Source of the DNA: Clavelina lepadiformis
Lineage: Eukaryota
Length of the DNA stretch: 64,000 nucleotides
Direction: 5' to 3'
NCBI RefSeq assembly: GCF_947623445.1
Contig: NC_135246.1
Location: forward strand, 19,028,288 to 19,092,287
Positions within the stretch are counted from its first letter, which is position 1; each line of letters opens with the position of its first letter. Shown here piece after piece: positions 22,653 through 36,372 of this stretch. The notes under the pieces are model-generated. The model saw only the letters and a list, made by a program, of their open reading frames with translations. It had not been told where the DNA came from and ran no database searches. A program made the position numbers and the translations under genes.

Positions 22653-24033
22653 TCAAATTCATTACTGCACAGGATTTTATTTTACAACAAAGGTCACAAA
22701 TGACTAAACTCAATATGACTTCCAAGCTCTTATAAGCTTTCTTGCTTAAATAGGTTTGATAATGGAAGTGATGTCTGACTCTTGAACTTCAGATAGGTCG
22801 GCTTCCTCTTCTACTCCTATATCTTCTAAACATTTCAATAACTCTACCAATTTAAGTACGCTAAACCCAGGTAAAATTTTGCTTATGGACTGCCCTATCA
22901 CTTTCAAAAGAAAATAGCAATCAGTTGAAAGTATACAGTATCATAAATGTAACTTGATAAATGCTGTACAAATCATATTTCAACACTAACGTATACCTTT
23001 TACAGCCTGTGAGTGCCAATTTAGATAAAGCAGTATGACGTAAAGTAAGAAGCTTGCAACCATTAAGATTATAAGCAATCGAAAGATAGCCTAATAGTTA
23101 TAAAAATCGGAAATAAGCACAAACATACTCTCTATGCGCTTCTGCACTACATAAACCCCCAAGGAAAGCAAGAAACGTAACAGACGTTTTTCTACACCGA
23201 TTTATCAATAATTAACCATAACTTAAGCTTTCAACGCACCACGCATGTCTTCGCCCGAAAATGTGTTTCAGCACATACAATTTCGTTAAAAACTGTTATA
23301 GTATGACCTGTAAGCCTATACTGGGAACAGTACTGGTGTAGTGGGAAATAGTCACCCCTGCCAAATATTGAACTCCCTCTGTGACGTAATGAATTCATTG
23401 TCTGATAAAGGATTTGACTCAGCAGAAAACGTACCATTATTCTATGGCTGAATAGTGTAATATAGTAACTTTTGTGAATGCATGTATACTGGAAAACAAA
23501 ATACCCTATACACTGTATACAGGTTACATTTGTTGGCCTACTTCTGTCAGTAAGTTCTGTAGGCTACTTGTGTATAGACTTGTCACGGTTACGTCAAGAG
23601 TCACGACTTGTTTTGTCGATGCTGGAATTTTATTTCGGGATCTTGTAATTCAGTTGTTGACCAAACTTAAATTCTCTGTAATGACGTTCAGATAAATTAC
23701 CTCGCTTGAACTGGTGTGCCACATATATATACTGTTGTAATGTTTACAACTTCCTTTTTACACTTTACTCTGTCACTTGTTACTACCGCGCAATGTTACA
23801 TTCAGTAAGCTTTACTCGAAGGTGAAAGCCTTTGTGTCTGATAATAAATAAAATGGGAACTTTATAATTTAGTAATTTATATAGACAGAATTAAGCAACT
23901 AACAGCATAATCACGCCGTTTGAGAAATGATAACTCATATCATCAAAGCAGAAGCAAAACAAGTTATCAACCATCAATCGTCCTCGCTCATATTGCAACA
24001 ATAGCCGCCAGTGTACGCGGTCTTTATGGCGAA

Positions 24034-24419
24034 CACCGTATTTTCTTGAATAGAAACCGCCCTTGAATAGAAGCCGCCCTCGAATAGAAACCGCACGATT
24101 TGATTAAAAATAAACAATAGAAGCCGCTTTCGCATAGAAACAGCAGAAGACAATGCTGAAATCGCTTCGGTATAATATAAAGGCTGTCATTGAGAGCTCG
24201 CACATGCGAAAAACAGCAGTTGTCACATTGTAGTAGTGATCGGATAGTAGTCAAAAGAGAGCGCAGAATTTTAATGTCACCTAATCCACACTACCGGTAC
24301 TTCATGTAATAAATATAGAAGCTGCCTTCGAATAGAAGCCGCCCTCGAATAGAAGCCGCACAAAACCTTCAAAAATAAAAAATAGTTGCCGCGGTTTCTA
24401 TTCAAGAAAACACGGTATG
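24034..24419. mobile_element. MITE-like element, ~385 bp, with ~28-bp TIRs and subterminal (GAATAGAARCCGCC)n repeats
   Basis: Left end reads CACCGTATTTTCTTGAATAGAAACCGC. Right end reads GCGGTTTCTATTCAAGAAAACACGGTATG, which is its reverse complement. Subterminal tandem gaatagaagccgcc motifs sit at both ends. Confidence 0.35.
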
Positions 24420-25189
24420 TTTGTTGTATAATACTTCGCACAAGTAATACAGCAACGAAATCTGTATTTGTCGTAAGCTTTTTGGGTGTTGAATGAATGA
24501 ATTTATTACGTCACAAAGAGGGGTCACTATTTGGCACGACTCCGGTACCTCCGATCCAAAACTCTTAACTCTCATAACTAGGCCTAAATTAAACTGAAAG
24601 TAAATTTTAACAAAAACAAAGATACGAAACAATCGTTGCTACCTCAGCAAATACGTCACGTGAATCGTCACAGCAAATAAGTCACATGAATCTGTCAGAA
24701 TACGTCAGACGTAGTTGGTACCGGTATACCGCAGCTTAGCATAATCCGCCACAACTTGATTCATGAATCAAATTGACTATTTCACCGGCGTCCTTTCACC
24801 AGAATTGCAGTTTGTGTACATCACAATGATGACTCGAACAATCAAGGATGATTCCAAACGAAACTTAAACACGTGATTAAAAAACAAGTATCAGTTTTTA
24901 GTTGTGCATGTTGCCCATGCTTGATCAGTACACTAAAGCAAAAAGTAAAAAGTCAAACCCATAGGCCTACTTACCCACCTGAAGTGAATAATGCGAAATG
25001 TGCCTCGCAAACAAGCAAGCTATATATTATGTAGCTTACAGTTGAAAACGTTACAAACACAAATACGTTAAAATATCCAAAAACGTAGAACTACAAAACA
25101 TACATTTGTGTTTTGAATCATTGGTAGACCCATGTATTTGATTATAATAATATATAATATAATAATTATTATAGCACAACACCTTACAC

Positions 25190-25930
25190 ATTATGAAACT
25201 TGTATATTATATGTACTAGAGTAACTAGACTATTTAGGGAGAACCACTTGTCCATGCTCCCGGCACAAACTCTATTTTTAGGAGCCATAAACGATTTTAT
25301 GTTTTCGATTTTCCTTTCGTTGCATTTTCTTGTTTGCGACTCCTTATCGGTTACAACCATTACAATATAAAGTTCTGGGAAATCTCCAGACAACATTTTT
25401 TCAAAACAATTGCAATAGTCAAAACATAATGGTCGGAACGTCAAACATGGCAGGTTGCTTGTTGTTATCGTTGTCAAGTGATGTGAGCTGATTCTAACCA
25501 CCAACTTTCATGAAAACAATATGCGCATTGCAGTTGTTAATAAGGAGCTGTTTTTTTGTTTTATCGAGTTGTAAAAATAAACTTAAATAATTTCCATGTT
25601 TCAAAACGTATCTGTTGAGAAGGAATATGTCACAATCTTATTATGACGTAAGTAAAATTTGGGTGAGTGTCCTGGCTTCGACGAAGTTCAGGAGTAAAAC
25701 AATGTGCGTGATAACTAGTCGAATATTTTGGGATCATAAAAGTTTTTACGTCTTTATTCTTTATTTGCTAAAACCGTGGCAATATTAAGTGTTGTGAGTC
25801 ACTGACAGCATTGTTATAACACCATGACTCTAGTCGAGATGAACTGATGGTGATCAAACATAGCAGGTTGCTTGTCGATCTGGTTGTCAGCCATTGAACG
25901 AAATGTTTCCATGATCTACTTCTAACAAAA
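25190..25930 (-). repeat. Inverted-duplication segment, the partner of 55150-56310
   Basis: ORF 25184-25504(-) and ORF 56105-56308(+) encode near-identical peptides (MLSGDFPELYIVMVVTD[K/E]ESQTRKCNERKIENIKS...). 25560-25760 matches the reverse complement of 55660-55970. 25790-25930 matches the reverse complement of 55150-55260. Confidence 0.6.
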
Positions 25931-27244
25931 CAAACTTCGCATTGTATTTCTTGATGCGGAGTTGATTGTTATTATTTGGAAAACCGAGCTGCAAAAGCAA
26001 ATTTAGATCATACGTGGTTTACAAGATAGTGAATGAGGGGAAATATGTCACAAAACCCGAGTACGGTTGTGTGCGGTTACGGCTCCTATCTGCGAAACCA
26101 TATAGACCTCAAGCTTAATTTATCAGAAAAATTATCTACTCCTTGCAAAACACATGGTAGAAAGATTATATAGCGTTTCAAAATTATCGCATTTGGTGTT
26201 TCAATATTGAGGTCCATAAAGTGTCAAACTTTACGTCTGGGTTCTTCGAATAAAGGCGACTTTTTTGAAGAAAAGACGTTAAGGTAATGCTCAAAACTGA
26301 TCAGACAAAGCCAACAAAGCAATTGGGGAAAGTTGCATTTCTGCGAAGCAAGCCGCTGGTGAGGTGTGATGTTGTAAACATTCTTTATCTACTGACTTCC
26401 TGCTTACAAAAACTTTTATGAAAGAAAAGTCGCAAGTTTATCAGAGTTTGAAGCCGATGTCACTGATAGACTTGTTGTTGTTGATGTTGCAAATTGTGAT
26501 CTGGAAACACTTTTAGTTGAAGAGTAGCAGCATATTATTGTATTAGAAGTTAATGATTTATTTACTGCATTTAGCCAGTGATGACGATTTGCAAATCCAG
26601 TTAATGAGAAATAGTTCTAAAGTAACAAGCGAATAAATGATATGATGTATTCAGTCTGCGCTATCGTTTTCTGTGCCTATACGTCGTACAAAAGAAACCA
26701 AAACCGGTTGAATTATATTTGTATTTGCCGCTAAAACGCGTTCAAGACAAACTTCACAGATGTACAGCAAATATATATAGACATCTCAATGAACTACAAA
26801 TGAACATTAAACAACTAAAATATATACGAATATAAAATAATATGTCACTTATAAACACGCTATTAGTTTTTATTAAACGGTGAACAACAAGTTAATAGCA
26901 GAAACCGGTTTCATAGTCTTACTGGCTGCTCCAGCATTTATCTTCATGGTGATAATATAAAAAGAAAAAAGATAGAACGACAAGTTGTAATGATTGTACC
27001 ATATCAACGCTTAAGAACGCTTGGAACCACGGTTTGCTGTTAGTGAAACTACAGTTTCTAACTTAAATATAAGCGTATTATGCAACAGTTACCTTCAATT
27101 ACACTCAGCTATGAATGAAATACATGCACCCAGGAAAGTTACTTAATTTCGACAATTTAACAGTTCTTGAAACGCTGCCTGATAGAAGCTGATTGTTTAT
27201 AAAAATATTTTATCAGAAAAATTAATGATCACAGCGATCTTATA

Positions 27245-28551
27245 TTAGGCCATATTCTCCTCCGAAGCAACATCGCTTAACTCCTCATCATCACTGCTCT
27301 CTGATGATGAATAAGTGCTGCAGGGAAAGTCCGGAGGATTCTCCAACTCTTTCCACACACTGTGAAAAAAGTGCAAAATTCAGTTTTAATAACAAGTCTT
27401 CCAATTCCATTTGTCTGAATTTTGATGGAAATTTATTGCATAATGACGTGCAGTAACTTATAATTAAAGAACAGTGTTATATACTTGTTGCCTATATGTT
27501 ATATATATATTGATTTATCAGCATATATAGCACAAATAGAAATATTAGATTAGATATTTATTAGATAGCACTTTGTAATTATCGCTTATTTTTAAATGCT
27601 CAACACAAGCTAAGCTAAAACAATAGAAATAACTGTTAAGATGCATAATGCTATCCAGAATCTTGCTTTTTACTTCACTGTATTCTCATTATATACTGGG
27701 CTCACATGATTCAGCTTTCATAAATTTTGGAATATTCTTTCTGTTACAGGCTTACAATTATATATATAAATGTAACTTGTAAACGTTAAGAAACTGTAAC
27801 TTACTCCTTCAACAGATTTCCCATGCATATGCAGTCGAAATAATCTTGAAACATTAGGCCGTAAGTTGCTGCAAATAATTAATTAAAATTAAATTAAAAT
27901 TTTTCATAGGTTACTACAAAACAACTATAACAAGGGCACTAACATCCATAGTACTTGTAAGTTAAAAAACAATGTTCGGCGATCATCTCGGCGCTAGGCG
28001 TGTTGGGTTCCGTGAGGTCTTTCGGGGAAAGTTTGTTAATAATAACATGGCCAGGTTTGAAAGGATAAGAACTGTTAAAACATAAAAGCGTACGCGTCAA
28101 AACCTTAATAACAAATATAATGCAAATTTTTAAACAATCATAATAAGAACAAGTAAATCTATAAAGAAAGAAAATGATTTGACTTACCGTGAATAAACAA
28201 ATAATGTTCCTTTCATTTCAAGATATTCCTTAAAAAATAGAAATTTATCTTTAATGATTAATTTAATTTTTGTAAAATGAGTTACGTAAAAAACTGTAAA
28301 ATCAGTAACAGTTATTTGCAGTAAAAGGCACAGTTGGAATTTCAAAACAACTTAGCTGTAGTTGTAAGAAGTTGAAATTAGTGCAATTTTCTCAAGATTT
28401 CCGAACGTTGCAAACGACTTACCCATTCTTCACTTTCCTCATCAAGACGATAAACCGCCACTTGATTAGCATAACCCAAGATATTTGAAATGTGAGGGAT
28501 GTCAGCCAGAAGTGCGTTCAAATTGATTAACATTTCAATGTTCGACTCCAT
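27245..28551 (-). CDS. DCP1-like EVH1-domain protein paralogue P1, 5 exons, 158 aa
   Basis: Exons on the minus strand are 28423-28551 (MESNIEMLINLNALLADIPHISNILGYANQVAVYRLDEESEEW|gtaagt), 28188-28228 (EYLEMKGTLFVYS), 27944-28071, 27805-27868 (..YGLMFQDYFDCICMGNLLKE) and 27245-27359 (DVWKELENPPDFPCSTYSSSESSDDEELSDVASEENMA*). All introns are GT-AG. The protein aligns with the DCP1 EVH1 consensus (NL.aL...DPyIt.I.d.a.QVAlY.F......We + IEGTLFVYrR + ..GF.I.N.l + DC..i). Confidence 0.7.
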
Positions 28552-29167
28552 TTTAGCAAGTTTATAATTACTCTGATAAGCAAAATATTTTAATCGCGAA
28601 AGATAATGCAAAGTTGCAGCTTACTATAAACCCTGGCAAAAAACGAATTGAAAAGTAATGGTTAGACTTTAGACTAGACTATAACGTCATTTCGTTGCTT
28701 GGCACTATACCGTCAACTAGCATCTAAGCCTGATTAAAAATTTTTGCTCAACATTGCGTCATGTTTTCTTTACTTTACCAGGCATTGCATCAAGCAATGT
28801 AACTTTACACAGAAGCAAACTGCTGAAAATTACGCAGAGTACAAATACACTGCAAAAAAATCTTTTAAAGTAAAGCACATCCCTTAGACAGACTTACTTT
28901 TCAAATGCAGTCACTCTACAGGACAACTGCTTTTATAGGGCAGTCATCTTATTAAAACAAAGGGATTGTTTACAAGAAAAAATTTCAAGCAAGAAAAAGA
29001 ATTTGAAACCATGTCTCCAAAGTAATCAAGGACGAAATGAACGCAGGTTCAAAGTTGTGAATTGGTAAACATTGCCCAATCTTGGTTAGCACCTGTGCAC
29101 CTGTTGTTCTGAGACAAGGAATTTTCTTTGAAAGACTCGCGCCATTTACAACTTAGAATAAGACCGT

Positions 29168-29400
29168 TTAGTAATCCAACAGCGTTTTAGAGTGAAACCA
29201 GGAGGAAATTATGTGCGAGTTCGATAACAACATGCAACGATTTGCATCAACAGATAAGTCACTGAACGTAAGTGCGAATTGGATAAGATGAGATTGAAGT
29301 GTTTGGTTCTTACACAACCGGTGGCGAAAGTGTATGAGAAATATAAGTACTGTAGTCTGAGCAATACAACTTGTTCGCATGTCAAATGTGAATATACGAA
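29168..29400 (-). repeat. Family-2 dispersed repeat, ~230 bp. This is copy 1 of 3.
   Basis: ORF 29168-29380(-), ORF 57500-57760(+) and the sequence at 46900-47110 share ...HRLCKNQTLHFHLIQFALTFSDLS[IV]DANRCMLLSNSHIISSW... at the nucleotide level. Confidence 0.5.
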
Positions 29401-29779
29401 AACCATTCTTTTTTCAAAAGGTAACTCAAACGGTTTAACCCATTTTGCCCTGGTTTGGGTCCAATGGACCCAATGGAGCGTGTTTTAAAATTTCATTAGC
29501 TGCTTCATTGATTAGACCTGCAGGTTCTTATTACAAGTTTGTAATGTTAATGTTAGATAAAATTGCAGTAAATTAAATTGCATTGCCTACCATTTCACAA
29601 AGGCAAATAAATAACTTCTCCGTAATCGGGGACGTATTTGATCAACTTTTTGCAGTAATAACAATTACTCATGTAGTTACCTGTTTGTGTTGTCTGCGTC
29701 ATATACTGCAAGTAGGCTAAAGCAAGATCTCAGCAAAAAAAAAATAGGCTAATATAGGTTTCCTAAAATATGCTTTTTC

Positions 29780-31170
29780 GTTTAGTTTGAATTTGAATAC
29801 AACGTTGAACGGTTAAAGTGAACTTTAAATCCCAGCACGTAGTTGCAATTGAAGCAACAACTTCATGCAAAAATTATCTTTATATCCAAGGTACTTTGAC
29901 ACGTTTTGGACACAAATATTACTTGTTTATAGATAACTTAAAGGAGAAATTTAGGAACAAGCCTACTTGGAGGAAAGCAAAAGTAGCAGTCCCAACAAAT
30001 AACGTAAAACCTAAAGCGTTTCATGACCAAGATATGGAAAGTACACCACAAGGATAACATTAGTGATAAATGGTAATAGGAATTGCAAGAAATGAAGCGA
30101 GGTATAACATTGCACCAGAGGCAACGTACTGTGCTATACATTGGAAAAATGAGCATTGATGTTGATAACGAGAATAACACGTTAGGAAAAATGGAAAGTA
30201 ACTGTTAATTTTGGGCGCTAAATTTTGGTGTAGATCTTACAAACTAAAGCTTTTTATTTAAATGGACAAACCTTTTCAAATGCTTATTTGTTGATGACAG
30301 GGTTTAATTGTTTGATCAAAAAGGCCTCATGTACTTTGTTTTCATAACCGGTTTTACATTTAAGGAATATGTTGAAGTTATTCGGTCGTTACGTCACAGC
30401 GTCTGTATTTGATGAAATGGTAATTTTTATGCACCGATCTGACAACATGTGTGTAAAATTATGAAATATTTTTGCATTGCGCCACGAATGGAACGAGCCA
30501 ATTTCGTCCAGCTCTAAACAAAACCATCCGGTCATTTTGTGTTAAGTAAAACCTGTCTGCGATTTAATCTCCATTGAAGTAACGCAACAATTTATGAAAC
30601 GTATTTTCAAAATGAAATGTTATTATTTTGATGTTATCAAAGTTGTTTAACTTGTTCACATTCATAACCCATGATAACAAGCTTTAATTTGAAATAACGA
30701 AAGTGTGACATTAAATAACTGACCTTTGTTGTCCTCGATTAATCTACTTCTTTTTTGAGAATATTTTCGTTGAACTCACCTTAGCAGTCGTCATCATCGA
30801 ACTCTCCTGTTTTGGATGCAGACAAATGCTTGCTACTGTACATAAATCTAATGCTTTGTCAACTTTTCAAACACTATTTAGTGCAATTCGCTTTGCCAAT
30901 TAGGCTAAAATTTTCTATTGAGCATTTGGTTTCAAGGTTACTACATTTTTCTTACATAAAAACGTGCTGATAGAAACGGATGTTTGTACAGTAATATACC
31001 GATATGTATGCTATACCTATCGCAAAAGTTGTTAAAACAACACCAGTTTTTTGTAGAAAAATCAAAATTAGGCTTAACTTAATATGAGTACAGATAATGT
31101 TAACACAATAAAATAGAATACGTGTGAAAAATTCAACAATAAACAACATGCAAAAGCATCCCATCCGTGA
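29780..31170 (-). repeat. Gene-fragment repeat, family A, ~1.4 kb. It is a DCP1-like intron-4 plus terminal-exon plus 3-prime-flank segment, here with the terminal exon degenerated.
   Basis: The reverse complement of 29940-30900 aligns block by block with 41640-42540. Examples are cctattaccatttatcactaatgttatccttgtggtgtactttccatat..., cgctgtgacgtaac[g/g]cccgaataacttcaacat and ccagctctaaacaaaaccatcc[g/a]gtcattttgtgt. The terminal-exon homologue at ~30740-30830 is truncated. Confidence 0.55.
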
Positions 31171-33980
31171 AGGCAGTTGATCCCGGTTTGACGTACTTAG
31201 TTCCCAAACGCTGCTGTCGAGGAGTTAGGAGGAGTTAAATTTAGTTTTATATCTAGGCATACCATATTTTTGTGACTGAAAAGTGGGACGCTTCAGAACA
31301 ACGAACCTTATCAGATAAATGTGGTTCATATTTTACTAGGAGTATGCAACTATTTTGGATTCCTATCGTCAGGGATAACTAAAGTAGTAAGACACCAAGA
31401 AAAACTAAATTAACTCATTTTACTAAGAAACAAAACAATGTTCAAGCATTTGTAAATTTACATAATCGTCCAATCATACTTTTCTGTAGAATATACTTTC
31501 TTCAAGAAGTCTTTATTCGACTTTATTTTCTCATAAAAATCACAGCAGGAAAAGTCAGTGTTAATTTTGCAGGTGGTAAGGGCTTTCACATTCAAATGGT
31601 TTTTGCAGAAGGAAACGCAAACAAGTACCGGAACGAAATAAGTTCTTTCCATAACCTAACTGCAAAAAGTTCACCTCCTCCTTCTAGCCTGCTATTACTG
31701 AACTAGCGAATGCGTTAACATTAAACTCACTACTGGACCAATTACCCGTTAGAATGACGTAACAATTGCTTTCACATTAAACACAACAAAACAAGAACAC
31801 GCATCGAGCATTGCTCTTCAGCAAGTTGGCTAAGCAGACCTATCACAGCATGCTAATACTGGTGTAGTGAAGGGCAATGCTGGTTGACTAAATGCCAAAG
31901 CGGGACTTTGGGTTGACTCAGCGGGACGCCGGGACAAAGCCTTAAAAAGCGGTACTGTCCCGGCTAAAACGGGACGTATGGTAAGCCTATTTATATCCCT
32001 AATTGCCTACCATCTCCATTGCAAGTTCTATTGGTTTTCACAAGTACATTCAAAACGTATATCCTGTTGAGGATAAAAACATTTCGGTTATTGAGAACTA
32101 TAACTGATAAAACACGTACAAAATTTTTTCCAGTTTAAGACAAAACCATCCAATCTAGAATTAATCTTCCTTTAGTTAAATCACATTTAATAAAGCGCTT
32201 TATTTCAAAAACAAAATGTCAGCATTGTGGATTTATTAATGGAATTGTAGTTGCCGTCATATGTTACATCCAGAGACAAAAGTTCGTTGTCAAGCTTAAA
32301 AACGTTAAGTATCTTCCTCATACATGAGATTGTGAAAAGTGTTTTACGTCGTTTTAGTTTATCAGAAAACTTATCTATTCCTTGCAAAACACATGGAAGA
32401 CAGATTATACGGCGTTTCAAAATTATCGCATTCGGAGTTTCAGTGTTGAGGTCCATAAATTGTCAAACTTTGAGTCTGGGTTGTTTGAATAAAGGGGGTG
32501 GAAAGAAGTGTTACGAATTTTACTGTACATTAAAATATGAGAATATATTTCGATTGATTTTGAGCAATTTTGAAAGCAGAAAAGCACAGAATTTGTGGAA
32601 TATCTGCACCCTATTTTGGGCGTTTTCCGTCAGAGCAATCCTAAATACGTCGCTACTATGTACAAGGTAGGCTTGTTGATATTTTAAGAAACTTCTGATT
32701 TTTGAATTTCATCAAAATGCTTAAACTAAGCTTTTTATACTTAAAATCGTAATATTGTCACGTGTCATCTAAAAACATGCTTTATATCTTACTTTATATC
32801 TTTATATAGCTTTAATCTTCTCATTTTTTGTCTTTCTTGTACTTTTCTTCAATTTTTATATCCTACTTCAAACTTTTTTAATAATTTTCATTATTTTGTT
32901 GAAAACAAGTTATTGTTTGCGATTTCTATGATTATGTTTTGATTTCATCAGAACGCCAGAATGACGTTGCTTTTGTTATTAAAACTACAACTACAGTACT
33001 ACTACTGTACTACTTTTGTTATTAAAAGTCTACGTACAAATGTAACAGCGCTGTTAGTTGTTTTGGAGTCTACATAAAAAGTAATATAATTGCAGAATGC
33101 TTTCTTTAAATAATACTGACAGGTTAATTTAGAAAGTAAAAAGAGTAATTGCCTATTATCTTCCTTTTTATTACTCAGAGGTTTTGATGCTGAAAGGAGT
33201 GGAAAATACAAACAAGTTGACAATAAATCAAACTAAGCTAGCGCTGTCTTTTAGGCTTGACTTTTCAGAATAGTAAATATATCAGAGAAAAAACTTTTAA
33301 ATGATGCTGTGCGGTTAAACAAGTAAGCCTGCTGCCGAAAGATTGTCCCAAAAAAGCAGATTTGACGCAAATTTTGACATTTGTGGTACAGTAGTGACGT
33401 CATAATATAAGAGCAATATGTATGAGTAGGCTAGCATGACTCTGGTAAGGTTACGCCATGCAGGGAAACCTCAATTGTCTGTTCATTTATTACAATTGGC
33501 ATTGAAAAATTCTGATTTGCTTTGTTTATTTGCTATAAGTTAGTGTGAAGATGTAAAAGTTTGGCGTGCAAGTTAATGAGATTCATTAACGCAGGGTGCG
33601 GTGGTGTGGTATAATCTTTATCCTTGGACTGAGGAAAGTCTTTGAACGACTTAAACCCGGCGATGATTTCCAATAACTTGAGACCCGGTTACTGAGCTAG
33701 CCTTTGTGCAAGTTTGTAACATGAAAAGGGTCTTTATTAGATCCAGTGTAAACCTACATTAACCTGCAACTGATGTATTTATGCTGGTGAAGATTGATGT
33801 TAAGCTACAGCTCAGTTTTGCCTATGCGTTCAGTTGCTGGATGAAAATATACAACCTGTGTTAAGAAATTTTTCTCGTTTTTCTCAGTAGAAAAACTTCA
33901 AAGCAATCATGTTAGATATGTTTGGTCCTTAAGTTTGTAGGTTGAGCTGTGCAACAAAAATTTCACTAACTTAAAGGAAA

Positions 33981-34520
33981 ATGCTTCGTTGGATATGTCG
34001 AGAAGAGAAGGAAAGAGAGCCAGAGATATTTGAAAACGTGTCGTTGGGTTTAAAGAATCTTTATAAAAGCAGACTTAAACCACTGGAAGAGGCATATAAA
34101 TTCCATAACTTTCATTCACCTGCATTACACAATGCTGACTTTGACTCAAAGCCTATGATTTTACTAATAGGCCAGTACTCAACCGGAAAAACAACGTTCA
34201 TTAGATATTTGTTGGAAAAAGATTTTCCAGGCATGAGAATTGGCCCCGAACCAACAACAGACTGCTTTATTGCTATAATGGCTGGTGCAAAAGACAAAGC
34301 CAGTGGAGTTGTCAATGAAGGGATTGTTCCTGGAAATGCTGCTGTTGTCGATGATACAAAACCTTTTAGGGCCCTTTCCTCATTCGGAAATGCATTTTTA
34401 TCTCGGTTTTTATGTTCTCATATGGAAAATGAAGTTTTAAACAGCATCAGCATCATCGACACTCCTGGTATTTTGTCTGGTGAAAAGCAGAGAGTAAACC
34501 GAGGTTATGATTTTGCAAAG
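33981..34520 (+). CDS. EHD: EHD (EH-domain-containing dynamin-like ATPase) exon 1
   Basis: The translation MLRWICREEKEREPEIFENVSLGLKNLYKSRLKPLEEAYKFHNFHSPALHNADFDSKPMILLIGQYSTGKTTFIRYLLEKDFPGMRIGPEPTTD...SIIDTPGILSGEKQRVNRGYDFAK matches the EHD1-4 N-terminal G-domain, including the P-loop GQYSTGKTTF and DTPG. The donor follows at aag|gtaatt. Confidence 0.85.
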
Positions 34521-34772
34521 GTAATTTTAAAGTGAGGTTTCTCGTCAACATGCATAACCGAGCCATAAATTATCTAAAGTAACACTTGTACATATTATAG
34601 TCCTTTGCAATTAATTTAATCAAATTTACCGATAATTTTTGTTTTGGTTTGCTCGTATTATGTTTTGTTTACCTTTTAAGACAAATAATTACCATGAATA
34701 CAAATAATTACTTAATTACCTTAATGTTTACAGCGAATTTAGAAGTCCTTTTGTTAGCCTCAGTTTTTTCAG

Positions 34773-34979
34773 GTGCTGACCTGGTTAGCAGAGAGAGTTG
34801 ACCGGATCATTCTCTTGTTCGACGCTCACAAGCTTGACATTTCAGATGAGTTCCATGAAGCTCTCGACGCCGTTAAAACCTTTGATTCCAAGATTCGCGT
34901 TGTTCTAAATAAGTCGGACCAAGTCAACACTCAACAACTGATGAGGGTTTATGGAGCTCTTATGTGGTCCCTTGGAAAG
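34773..34979 (+). CDS. EHD: EHD exon 2
   Basis: The acceptor is ttttttcag|gtgctg. It encodes VLTWLAERVDRIILLFDAHKLDISDEFHEALDAVKTFDSKIRVVLNKSDQVNTQQLMRVYGALMWSLGK, the canonical EHD NKAD/NKSD region. Phase is 0. Confidence 0.85.
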
Positions 34980-35306
34980 GTAGGCTAATCTATGCAGGAT
35001 GGGGAAATTATGGAATTTTCTTCCAGTAGGGACCACATGCACAGTATGATTTTAACATCATTATAGTTTTTCTCTTACCAAATTGCACTGAAATGATAAA
35101 GTTGGAGCTGTTTGATATGACATAATCATATGCTTTGCTTGCATTTATAAAGACTAAACATATATCTTATACTGTATGATGTCATGAGTTTGTGCTTAAC
35201 TGGTATTTGTTGGTATCATTTATAAACATATTTAAAGACAGCATAAAGTTGACAGTTTTATGCACCTGACTCCAACAAAGGGTGCAGCTAAAGCTTGTGA
35301 TCTCAG

Positions 35307-35495
35307 GTAATAACCACACCGGAAGTGGTTAGGGTGTATATTGGGTCATTCTGGGACCAACCACTACGCTACGATGAAAACAGGCTCTTGTTTGAAGCTG
35401 AACGCAATGATCTCTTTGATGATATTCAAAGTCTGCCCAGGAATGCTGCTTTAAGAAAACTGAACGATTTAATTAAAAGAGCTAGACTAGCAAAG
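35307..35495 (+). CDS. EHD: EHD exon 3
   Basis: tctcag|gtaataacc encodes VITTPEVVRVYIGSFWDQPLRYDENRLLFEAERNDLFDDIQSLPRNAALRKLNDLIKRARLAK. Compare EHD1 IINTPEVVRVYIGSFW...RARLAK. Confidence 0.85.
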
Positions 35496-35846
35496 GTGAA
35501 CATATTATCAAGTTTCTTCAGACTAATTTACATTCCATTCTCCACATGCGTTCATTTGTAGTTTAGCTACTCGATATTAGTTTCAATATACACATGTTCC
35601 TATTACTTTGTAATACACTTGTTATTATAAGTTTTGCAAATGGCAGCAAGAATGTTATCTGTGTTTATGGTAAGTTGACTTTGCTTCTAGTTAAGGCAGT
35701 ACATTAGGCATCAGTTTAGCGTCACTATTTTCAGGCACCGGCTGAAGTTAGGAAAGAAAACATGCATTTGTGATAGTGCATGTGCATCATCGATCAGACA
35801 TGCAAGTGTGATAGACTTTTAATGTTTTCACTTTTCTTATTTTTAG

Positions 35847-35982
35847 GTCCATGCTTATATCATCAGTCATTTGTATGACAGCATGCCGTCCCTGTTTGGC
35901 AAGACCAAGACCAAGAATAAGCTAATTAATGATCTGGAAAAAATCTTTGTCGAACTGTCTCATAAACACAGCATCTCACTTG
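35847..35982 (+). CDS. EHD: EHD exon 4
   Basis: ttttag|gtccat encodes VHAYIISHLYDSMPSLFGKTKTKNKLINDLEKIFVELSHKHSISL(G). It ends in phase 1 before gtaagc. Confidence 0.8.
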
Positions 35983-36372
35983 GTAAGCTATTGCATTTTT
36001 GGCCTGTGGTTAATTTATGCTGCATAACTATGTCAGTGAAGAAGACCACAGTTACACTTTGTAGTACGGGTGGTTGTGTATAAATGTACGATGGCTTTTG
36101 TTAGGCAACGATTTAAAATAAAATTTTGCTTGATTACACAATGTAACAAAAAAAGAAAATTTTTTTGTTCCCAGGTTCTAATCGATTTTTCCCTATTGCT
36201 TAGGACCAGTAAGTGTTGAAAATCAACTTTATTTCATATAAACTTTGTTTTTGTGGTTTAGAGACTGAAATTCTAAAATCGCAATATTTTTGAGAAAAGA
36301 TATCAAAGATATGGCTAAAGAGCATCCAAGATGGATGTTAATCACTTTTAAATGTTAATATACTCTCATTCA

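Noticed and set aside
32251-32670. 139-aa ORF
   Set aside because: It overlaps a dispersed repeat (26110-26290 matches 32350-32530). It has low-complexity composition and no conserved motif.
33560-33700. GC-richer block (gggtgcggtggtgtggtataatc…cccggttactgagctagcc) ~300 bp upstream of the EHD ATG, as a possible promoter or tRNA-like SINE
   Set aside because: I could not fold it into a tRNA. It has no TATA or Inr that I can assert from sequence alone. I left it unannotated.
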